DNA of 64,000 bases from a virus, in the IMG/VR virus record IMGVR_UViG_3300032770_000020, positions 3,284-67,283 of that record; one strand, given 5' to 3'. Below, one piece after another: positions 1 through 7,812 of this stretch. Made by a program: the position numbers and the translations under genes. Under the pieces are notes generated by a model, which saw only the letters and a program-made list of their open reading frames with translations, was not told where the DNA came from and made no database searches. Positions within the stretch are counted from its first letter, which is position 1. Every line of letters begins with the position of its first letter.

Positions 1-1
1 C

Positions 2-346
2 CCGAGCGGGCCTGAGCTCGGGAGCTCGATCAACTACGTCGCCGCGGCGGGCGCAATCCACGACATCAACCCCGCGGGATTCGGCGCCGGCGTGGGCGCG
101 ATCATCGTCACCAACGGCGGAGGGGCGACAAGCTGCTCAGGCCTGGCGGCCGGCTCCGAGGGCCAGACCGTGCGCGTGACGTACGCGGACACGGGCAGCT
201 TCACGCTTCAGAGCCTCAACGGTGGGAGCGCGGCCGCCAACCGGTTCGAGGGGTTCGCAGACCAGACGCTGCTCAAGGGGATGAGCGTGCTGCTCCAGTA
301 CCGCGGGGCGCTCAACGGTGGCAACGGCGCATGGGGAATGGCATGA
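2..346 (+). CDS. Virion/tail structural protein, 5'-truncated by window edge
   Basis: Frame is open from base 2 to TGA 344-346; G/A/S/T-rich beta-type sequence; ATGA overlap with next gene. Confidence 0.7.
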   Translation, partial: PSGPELGSSINYVAAAGAIHDINPAGFGAGVGAIIVTNGGGATSCSGLAAGSEGQTVRVTYADTGSFTLQSLNGGSAAANRFEGFADQTLLKGMSVLLQYRGALNGGNGAWGMA

Positions 347-2943
347 CACGCAGGCTCCTGGTTGCACTCGTCGCACTCGCGCTCGCCGCGCCGGCGCATG
401 CCCAGCTCTACAACCTCTTCGGGCCATCCAACGGGATCCTGAAGGGGAGCACCACGACGCCGCAGACCTCAGCGGCTAGCGCCACGGACGTCGTGAACCT
501 CTTCTGCCTGGTAGGCAGCGGCACCAAGTACCTCGGGGACGATGGGCTCTGTCACACCGCTGGCGGCACGGGGACGGTGACGACCACCGGGTCTCCCGCC
601 AGCGGCAACCTCGTCGAGTTCTCGGGCGCCACGTCGATCACCAACGGCGACCTGAGCGGGGACTGCACCACGAGTGGCACGCTTGCGATCACGTGCACCA
701 AGACGGGCGGCGTGGCCTTCGCGGCCTCCGCCACGACCAATACGACGAACGCGGCGAATATCTCCTCGGGGACGCTCCCCGCGGGGCGCATGCCTGCGCT
801 GACGGGTGATTGCACGACCACCGCCGGCGCCGTCGCGACGACCTGCCTGAAGACCAACGGGGTTGCCTTTGCCGCGAGCGCGACCACCGACACCACCAAT
901 GCCTCGAATATCTCGAGCGGGACGCTCGGGAGCGGGCGCCTTCCCAATCCAACCGCATCAACCTTGGGAGGCGTTGAGTCGATCACGGCGGTCTCGCATG
1001 AGTTCCTGACGTCGATCAGCACGTCGGGGGTGCCGGCCCAGGCTCAGCCGGCCGCGGGAGATGTCTCGGGGTTGGCGGCGTCGGCCACCACTGATACGAC
1101 GAATGCCTCGAACATCACGAGCGGCACCCTCGGTGCTGGCCGGATGCCTCTGGGGATCACGGCCACTCCCTCGAGCGGGCAAATCCTGGTCGGAAACTCC
1201 GGGGGTACGGCCTACGCCGCCAATTCCCTCGGCGGTGACTGCACGCTGAGCTCCTCCGGCAGCATCACGTGCACCAAGACTAACGGCACATCGTTCGCGG
1301 CGTCCGCTACCAGCGATACCACGAATGCCGGAAACATCACGTCTGGCACTCTCGCGGCGTCCCGCGGAGGTACCGGCGAGGCTGGCACGATCACCGGGAT
1401 CCTGAAGGGCAACGGCACGTCCGCCGTTACCGCGGCCGCGGCGTCCGACGTGACGGGCCTGTTCACCGGCTGCTCAGGCACGCAGTACCTTGGGGCGGAC
1501 GGGGCATGCCACACGGCAGGCGGCACCGTGACGACCACCGGGTCCCCCGCGAGCGGGAACCTGGCTGAGTTCTCTGGGGCCACGAGTATCACGAACGGCA
1601 ACCTCAGCGGGGACTGCACGACCTCTGGGACCCTGGCGATCACCTGCACCAAGACCAGCGGAGTCGCGTTCGCAGCCTCTGCGACCACCGACACGACCAA
1701 TGCGTCGAACATCGCCAGCGGGACCCTCGGGGCCGGGAGGATGCCGCTCGGGATCACCGCGACTCCGTCCGCCGGGCAGATTCTGGTCGGTAACTCTGGG
1801 GGCACCGCCTACGCCGCGAACACAGTGGGCGGTGACTGCACGCTCTCCTCGGCGGCGAGCCTAACCTGCACCAAGACCAACGGGACCGCTTTCGGCACGT
1901 TCGCCACGCAGAACTACGCCACGCCACCGGCGATCGGTGGGACGACGCCCAACACCGGGGCGTTCACTACGCTCACGGTCACGCCGCCCGCGAACACCTA
2001 CGGCGAGACCCTCACCGGCTCATCGACCTCGGGGCAGTCGTTCGGCGAGCTCATAAAAGCCGGCACCAACAGCAGCGACGTTGCCGTCGAGGTAAACAAT
2101 CAGGCCAACACGGAGACCTTCCTGCAGATCAACGGGGATGGCTCCGGCACGATTGGAAATGGCGCGTCGGCTGGGGCGCCTACGATCCAATTTTTAAGCA
2201 ACGGGCGAGTCCTCGTCAGCCAATTCACAGCGAACGATGGCCTCACCGTTAGCGCCACCTCCGGATCCTATGTACCGGAGGAAATCCTTGGCAGCGTGAA
2301 TACCGGCGGAAGCTACGGTCTTGCGATTGTCGCCGGCACCAACAGCAGCGACTACCCGCTGAACATCACCAGCCGCGGCGGCACGCAGTATTTCGAGATA
2401 TTCGGCGACGGCGGCACCGTCCTCGGGTCAGCCACCGGGGGCGACAAGGGCGTTGGGACGAGCAACGCCGTGGGCGTCTATGTGAACGGAGTCGCGGTCG
2501 CCCTGAGCGGGCAGAGCGCCTTCCGCACCACGGCCTACACCAACGCGACGACCAGCTATACCTCGGTCCTCGCGCTGCCGTCCGCCGCGGCGTCCACGAC
2601 GCTGAGGGGACAGTGCGACGTCATCTGGGAGGACAGCAGCACCTCAGGGACGCCGACCTTCGCGATGCAGCTGAGCGCGACGCCCACCGACTTGTGGGTC
2701 ATCGCCAACTACCAGAACGGCGCCTACGTGGTGCCGACTTACACCACGATCGCCAACACCACTCAGACCGCCATCACTGGCGCGCTGGTGACCACGACCG
2801 CGACGACCAACTACCTCGTCCACATCTCGTTCACGCTGCAGAACTCGACCACCGCAAACACCCTCACCCTCTACGCGAAGTCGGACGCGACGAGCCACAC
2901 GGTAACCGTCCAGCCCGGAACCTCCTGTGGGTGGCTGCCGTGA
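343..2943 (+). CDS. Repeat-rich tail fibre-like protein with N-terminal Sec signal peptide
   Basis: ATG 343 in ATGA overlap; MTRRLLVALVALALAAPAHA|Q signal; repeats GDCTTSGTLAITCTKT and ASATTDTTNASNITSGTL. Confidence 0.8.
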   Translation: MTRRLLVALVALALAAPAHAQLYNLFGPSNGILKGSTTTPQTSAASATDVVNLFCLVGSGTKYLGDDGLCHTAGGTGTVTTTGSPASGNLVEFSGATSITNGDLSGDCTTSGTLAITCTKTGGVAFAASATTNTTNAANISSGTLPAGRMPALTGDCTTTAGAVATTCLKTNGVAFAASATTDTTNASNISSGTLGSGRLPNPTASTLGGVESITAVSHEFLTSISTSGVPAQAQPAAGDVSGLAASATTDTTNASNITSGTLGAGRMPLGITATPSSGQILVGNSGGTAYAANSLGGDCTLSSSGSITCTKTNGTSFAASATSDTTNAGNITSGTLAASRGGTGEAGTITGILKGNGTSAVTAAAASDVTGLFTGCSGTQYLGADGACHTAGGTVTTTGSPASGNLAEFSGATSITNGNLSGDCTTSGTLAITCTKTSGVAFAASATTDTTNASNIASGTLGAGRMPLGITATPSAGQILVGNSGGTAYAANTVGGDCTLSSAASLTCTKTNGTAFGTFATQNYATPPAIGGTTPNTGAFTTLTVTPPANTYGETLTGSSTSGQSFGELIKAGTNSSDVAVEVNNQANTETFLQINGDGSGTIGNGASAGAPTIQFLSNGRVLVSQFTANDGLTVSATSGSYVPEEILGSVNTGGSYGLAIVAGTNSSDYPLNITSRGGTQYFEIFGDGGTVLGSATGGDKGVGTSNAVGVYVNGVAVALSGQSAFRTTAYTNATTSYTSVLALPSAAASTTLRGQCDVIWEDSSTSGTPTFAMQLSATPTDLWVIANYQNGAYVVPTYTTIANTTQTAITGALVTTTATTNYLVHISFTLQNSTTANTLTLYAKSDATSHTVTVQPGTSCGWLP

Positions 2944-2978
2944 ATCGGGTACATTAGGCGCACCCAAAGGAGACCACC

Positions 2979-3593
2979 GTGTCAATCGTCCAGGTCCAAC
3001 TCGCCAACGGCCTCCCGCGCGCGCGGTCCCAGGGGCAGCAGAACCTCCTCGGCGAACGACTGGGCGAGCTCCCGGTCTCAGAGTGGCTGCCGCGCCTCTA
3101 CGCGATGGGCTGGTCGGGGGCCATCTTCTCGGCTGCCAACCAGGCGGCACAGGCCGTGTCCGTCGCGCTCGCCGCGGCCTACACCGGAATCGGCATCTAC
3201 AACCCGCCGAACTCAGGCGTGAACCTGGTGCCCCTCAAGGTGAAATTCGCCCTCTCGCTCGCGCCCGCCGCGATCGCGCCGATCGGGCTCATCGCATCGT
3301 GGGGATCCGCAGGAGCAGCCTCGGGGCTCACCAAGCTCACCACGCAGAGCGGCATCATCGGCAACCAGGCGGCCGGCGCCGGCATCCCGGTATCAGGGGC
3401 GGCGCTCGCGCCGAACCCCACGTGGGTCGAGATGCTCGAGGACGGCTTCACCGCCGCGGCTCTCCCTGGACCGCGCGGGCCCTACTACATGGACGGTCAC
3501 CTCTGCGTCGCGCCCGGAGGTTTCCTCGGGGTCGGCGCGCTCACGGCGGTGACCGGACTCGGATCAATCTTCTGGGCGGAGCTACCGATTTGA
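2979..3593 (+). CDS. Hypothetical virion protein
   Basis: RBS AAAGGAGACCACC before GTG; strong GC3 bias; tail-block context. Confidence 0.75.
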   Translation: MSIVQVQLANGLPRARSQGQQNLLGERLGELPVSEWLPRLYAMGWSGAIFSAANQAAQAVSVALAAAYTGIGIYNPPNSGVNLVPLKVKFALSLAPAAIAPIGLIASWGSAGAASGLTKLTTQSGIIGNQAAGAGIPVSGAALAPNPTWVEMLEDGFTAAALPGPRGPYYMDGHLCVAPGGFLGVGALTAVTGLGSIFWAELPI

Positions 3594-4066
3594 AGACCAA
3601 GGCGCAGGTGAGGCCCGCGACGGCCATGGACTCCGTCAACATCGTGCGGCTGCTCAAGACTCAGTTCGCCGAGTCAGCGGCTCGGCTCGTCGCACCGTTC
3701 GACGACCAGCGGGTGCTCGAGTACGTCACGCTCACCCTGGCGAACTGCTTCGCCATCGTGGTCGAGTCGAGCGGCCGCCTGCTCGGCAGCGCTGCCATGG
3801 CGCCGGTCAGGCTCCCCTGGTGCGGCGTCGTGGTGATGGGCGAGGCCTGGTTCGCCGTGGTGCCCGCCTACCGGGACAAGGGCGTGCCGGATCAGCTGCT
3901 GAGCGCGATCGCCGCCTTCCTCGATGCGCAGGGCCTGCCGGCCATCCACGGCACCAACCTCCTGGCGCCTGAGGGCTTCGACGACCTGCTCTCGAGCCGC
4001 AAGGACCTGGTCATCGGCCGCACGAGCTACGTGCGGGTCGCTGCGCGCAAGGAGGCCGCCGCTTGA
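3590..4066 (+). CDS. GNAT-family acetyltransferase-like protein
   Basis: TTGA overlap start; VRPATAMD N-terminus and WFAVVPAYRDKGV motif A; the upstream part of track ORF 2927..4066 is a shadow. Confidence 0.75.
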   Translation: MKTKAQVRPATAMDSVNIVRLLKTQFAESAARLVAPFDDQRVLEYVTLTLANCFAIVVESSGRLLGSAAMAPVRLPWCGVVVMGEAWFAVVPAYRDKGVPDQLLSAIAAFLDAQGLPAIHGTNLLAPEGFDDLLSSRKDLVIGRTSYVRVAARKEAAA

Positions 4067-4590
4067 TCGAGTTCATGGTGCTGGCCATGCCGCGCTCAGG
4101 CACCGGCTGGTGCGCCAACTGGCTCACCACCGACCGTACCTTGTGCCTGCACGACCCGCTATGGAAGCACCATTACAGCGAGCTCGACAACGTGCGCAGC
4201 CCCGGCCGGCGCCTCGGCGTGTCCTGCACCGGGCTCGCGATGTTCCCCGACTTCCTGGCCTCGCACCGCGCGCGCAAGGTCATCCTGCACAGGCCGATCG
4301 CCGAGGTGAACGAGTCCGGGAGGGCCCTGGGGCTCGACCCGATCCCCACCCACTGGGACTCGCTCCTCGACAGCATCACGGGCTTCCACGCCAGCTGGAC
4401 CGACGTGTTCAAGCCCGAGACGGCGCGGCCCATCTACGAGTTCCTGCTCCAGCGGTCCTTCGACGAGCAGCGCCACGCCATGCTGACCGGGCTCAACGTG
4501 CAGATCGCCTTCGAGCGCGTGAAGCCTGACCCGCGCGTCGCGCGCCGGTTCTTCGAGGAGTTCCGGCGGGCAGGGGAGCGGCTGCAGTGA
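4063..4590 (+). CDS. Sulfotransferase-like P-loop protein
   Basis: FMVLAMPRSGTGW...CLHDP resembles the 5'-PSB PAPS-binding loop. Confidence 0.6.
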   Translation: MIEFMVLAMPRSGTGWCANWLTTDRTLCLHDPLWKHHYSELDNVRSPGRRLGVSCTGLAMFPDFLASHRARKVILHRPIAEVNESGRALGLDPIPTHWDSLLDSITGFHASWTDVFKPETARPIYEFLLQRSFDEQRHAMLTGLNVQIAFERVKPDPRVARRFFEEFRRAGERLQ

Positions 4591-5198
4591 AGTACCTGCG
4601 CCCCCTCATCCCGGCACTCGAGGTCGAGCCGATCCTCCAGGACCTCGAGGATGCCCCGCACGTGTGGAACGTACACAACCTGCGTACCACGACTTACGGC
4701 GGGGAGCACAGCCAGGTGTCCGACGTCTGGGTGCGCTACCGGCCGCACCAGGACCTGCTCGAGCTCCAGCAGATCGACCCGGGCCACGCGGTGCAGCGCT
4801 TCGTGGGCGAGCCGCACGACAGCGTCTGGTATCCGCAGTCCGACCACCTGCCGCGCCTCAAGGAGCTCGTCTTCGAGCTCATGCGCCACTTCGAGGTCGA
4901 GCGCCTGGGCGGGATCCTGATCACGCGCGTCCCGCCGGGCGGTGAGGTGAAGCCGCACGTCGATGGCGGCTGGCACGCCGGCTACTACGAGAAGCTCGCG
5001 GTGCAGCTCAAGAGCGCGCCCGAGCAGGCCTTCTGTTTCGAGGATGGGGAGTTCGCCTGTCCTCCTGGTACCGTGTACACGTTCGACAACTCCAAGAAGC
5101 ACTGGGTCTACAACCGAAGCGATGAGGAGCGGATGACGCTCTTCATCTGTGTGAAGCGAGACGCGCGGAAACCACCGCTGGTCGCTTCAGGAGGGTAG
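4587..5198 (+). CDS. Aspartyl/asparaginyl beta-hydroxylase-like 2OG-Fe(II) oxygenase
   Basis: VKPHVD (HxD) ... FDNSKKHWVYNRSDEERMTLFI (distal His and Arg). Confidence 0.85.
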   Translation: MKYLRPLIPALEVEPILQDLEDAPHVWNVHNLRTTTYGGEHSQVSDVWVRYRPHQDLLELQQIDPGHAVQRFVGEPHDSVWYPQSDHLPRLKELVFELMRHFEVERLGGILITRVPPGGEVKPHVDGGWHAGYYEKLAVQLKSAPEQAFCFEDGEFACPPGTVYTFDNSKKHWVYNRSDEERMTLFICVKRDARKPPLVASGG

Positions 5199-5202
5199 AG
5201 CC

Positions 5203-6210
5203 ATGCCTTGGGGCGTAGCAGCGGCCGGCGTCGCGGCGGCTGGGTCTATCTATTCCGCCAACAAGAACGCCAACACGGTCAGCCAGGCCTCGCAGCAGAG
5301 CCCTGCGGTCCAGAACGCCACCGACCAGGCGCTCACCCAGGGCGAGGCGATCGCCAACCAGCCGTTCACGCCCTACACGGGCCAGGTGGTCGCGCCCCTC
5401 ACTGCCAACCAGCAGATGGCGTCCGGGCTCGCGCAGACCGGCGGCACGCAGGCCCAGAGCTACCTCACCTCCGCTGGGCAGGAGCTCTCGGGCATCAAGC
5501 AGTACAACGACGCGGACCTCAAGTCCTACATGGACCCCTACGTCTCGAGCGTGCTCACCCCGCAGCTCAACGAGGCGAACATCCAGTACCAGCAGGCGAA
5601 CGCGGCGCTGCTCAACAGCAAGGCGGGCGCCTTCGGTGGAGACCGCTCGGCGCTCACGGCCGGCCAGAACACCTACAACTACCAGCAGACGACCGCGGCT
5701 GATATCGGCAACGCCTACTCGAACGCCTACACCAACGCCCAGACGGCCTTCTTCAATGACCAGAACAAGCAGATCCAGACCGCCAACGCGCTCGCGAACG
5801 TGGGCGGGGACGTCAGCAAGCTCAACACCCAGCAGATCCAGGACCTCATGGCGACCGGGGGCCTGCAGCAGGCGGTGCAGCAGGGCCAGCTCGACTTCAA
5901 CCTCCAGCAGTTCCTGACCGCGCGCGGCTGGTCCACGCAGCAGCTGCAGCCGCTCCTCAACTCGATCGCGGCCGCAAAGGGCGTGGCGCAGACCTCGACG
6001 ACCACCGGGCCGCAGTCGGGCATCGCGGGCGAGGCCATCGGCGCCGCGGCGACCATCGCCGGCGCCTACTTCACCGGCGGGCAGTCGATCAACCCGGCTG
6101 CGAATGCGCAGGCGATCAACAACGAGGACTACACGGGGCAGGCGACCTCCTACCTCGACCAGCAGAACATCGGCAGCGACTTCAACTACAGCGCGCTGCC
6201 CACGGGTTAG
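5203..6210 (+). CDS. Probable internal virion / DNA ejection (pilot) protein
   Basis: Q/A/N-rich; N-terminal AAAGVAAAGSIY; PYTGQVVAPLT and YMDPYV motifs typical of podovirus pilot proteins; position. Confidence 0.7.
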   Translation: MPWGVAAAGVAAAGSIYSANKNANTVSQASQQSPAVQNATDQALTQGEAIANQPFTPYTGQVVAPLTANQQMASGLAQTGGTQAQSYLTSAGQELSGIKQYNDADLKSYMDPYVSSVLTPQLNEANIQYQQANAALLNSKAGAFGGDRSALTAGQNTYNYQQTTAADIGNAYSNAYTNAQTAFFNDQNKQIQTANALANVGGDVSKLNTQQIQDLMATGGLQQAVQQGQLDFNLQQFLTARGWSTQQLQPLLNSIAAAKGVAQTSTTTGPQSGIAGEAIGAAATIAGAYFTGGQSINPAANAQAINNEDYTGQATSYLDQQNIGSDFNYSALPTG

Positions 6211-6222
6211 CAGGAGACCACC

Positions 6223-7806
6223 ATGGCATTCGGTGCAGCACCGTCCCAAGGAGCGCCCAGCTCGTCCCCGATGGACGACTACATGCGCACCTACGGCGAG
6301 CGGCTCCAGTCCATGCTCGCCGGGGAGGCAGGAGGCGGCGCGCTCGGCGGCGGGGCGCCGGTCGTCGCGAGCGGCTTCACGGACAACGGGCAGATTCCGC
6401 CAGACCAGGGGCTCGGGCCCGACCTCTACCGCAACCTCGGCGTCCCCTCGACCGCTGGCGGCGGTGGACCGTCGGCACCCCAGGGAGGCGCTCCTCCGCC
6501 TCCGCAGGGCCAGCAGAGCGCCCCGGGCGCGGCTCCTGGGGGTGACCAGGGCGGCGGCGCTGGCGGCAAGGGCGTCAGCTTCAGGGACATCTGGAACGCC
6601 CAGGACAAGTCCACGCGGCAGCAGTACCTCGACAAGCTCCAGGACAACCTCAAGGCCGCCAACCAGTCGATCGACGGCGCCTACAAGCAGATGATGGACC
6701 AGCTCGGCGGCCGTCCGGATCCCAGCCTCTCCAAGCAGGAGAAGGGCATGCTCCTCATGGAGTTCGGGATGCGCATGATGCAGCACTCCTCCGGCCGCTA
6801 CGGCTACGGCCAGGACACTGGCGCAGCGCTCGGCGCCGCGGGCGTCGAGACGCTGGGGAGCATGCGCAACCTCCAGCTCCAGAAGCTCTCGAGGCAGCAG
6901 CGCTACGACCAGATGCAGCAGCAGCTCGCGATCGCCCAGGGGCGCGAGAAGACGAACCTCGCCGCGCGGTCCGCCCTCGAGACTGGGCGCGACATCCGCG
7001 CCTTCGGCCAGCAGGACACCATGCTCGCGCGCGAGGGCATGCGGCAGGAGGGCGCCGGCGAGCGCCAGGAGTCGCGCAACAGCGCGGCCGACCGGCGCTC
7101 CCAGCTCGCCCAGCAGGGCATCGTCAGGACGTTCGTAGACGACTCAGGCTCGGAGATCGGCGTTACCCGCAGCGGGAGGACCGTCAACCTGGGGAAAGCC
7201 GCGCCCGGCTCGAGCGGGATGGGCGGGAAGGGCGGCAAGGGCTTCGCCTCGGAGGCGAACTACCGCATGTACATGGACACGTACGGGAAGGACGAGAACG
7301 GGCAGCCGCTCGAGGGACCCGCGCTCGAGCAGGTCAAGAAGGACGCGCTCACCTACGCCTCGAACCCGCACGCCTTCACCCTCACCGACGCCCAGAAGCG
7401 CCAGATGGCGGAGAGGTCGGCCGACAACTACATCCGCTCGAACCAGCTCTCCTTCGCCGGGATGAACGACGAGGAGATCGCTGCCAAGCGCACCCAGTTC
7501 GCCGAGGAGACCTACCAGCGCCTGAAGCGCAACGGCACCGCTGCGCCCAACGCGGGCGCGAACGTGCCGCCGCGGCCGGGCAGCGGGCTTGCGTCCCCCG
7601 GTGGCGCCCCAGCGAAGCCCGCCGGCAGGCCTGCGACCACTCCACCGCCCGGGTCGCCCACGCCCAACCAGAAGCAGATGCACGCGCTCAAGAGCGACCC
7701 CGCGCGCATCGCGCCGTTTTTCGTCAAGAAGTTCGGCTGGCTGCCGCCTGAGTACCACAAGTACCTGAACCAGACGGGGATCCAGCCGCAGAGCGCCCTG
7801 CACTGA
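6223..7806 (+). CDS. Probable internal virion / ejection protein
   Basis: RBS AGGAGACCACC-ATG; helical with G/P-rich linkers; lies between pilot and giant protein. Confidence 0.65.
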   Translation: MAFGAAPSQGAPSSSPMDDYMRTYGERLQSMLAGEAGGGALGGGAPVVASGFTDNGQIPPDQGLGPDLYRNLGVPSTAGGGGPSAPQGGAPPPPQGQQSAPGAAPGGDQGGGAGGKGVSFRDIWNAQDKSTRQQYLDKLQDNLKAANQSIDGAYKQMMDQLGGRPDPSLSKQEKGMLLMEFGMRMMQHSSGRYGYGQDTGAALGAAGVETLGSMRNLQLQKLSRQQRYDQMQQQLAIAQGREKTNLAARSALETGRDIRAFGQQDTMLAREGMRQEGAGERQESRNSAADRRSQLAQQGIVRTFVDDSGSEIGVTRSGRTVNLGKAAPGSSGMGGKGGKGFASEANYRMYMDTYGKDENGQPLEGPALEQVKKDALTYASNPHAFTLTDAQKRQMAERSADNYIRSNQLSFAGMNDEEIAAKRTQFAEETYQRLKRNGTAAPNAGANVPPRPGSGLASPGGAPAKPAGRPATTPPPGSPTPNQKQMHALKSDPARIAPFFVKKFGWLPPEYHKYLNQTGIQPQSALH

Positions 7807-7812
7807 GGCTCC

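Noticed and set aside
343-2943. CRISPR array or DGR template/variable repeat pair in the fibre repeats
   Set aside because: Repeats are in-frame protein repeats with synonymous divergence; no spacers, adenine-specific variation or reverse transcriptase seen
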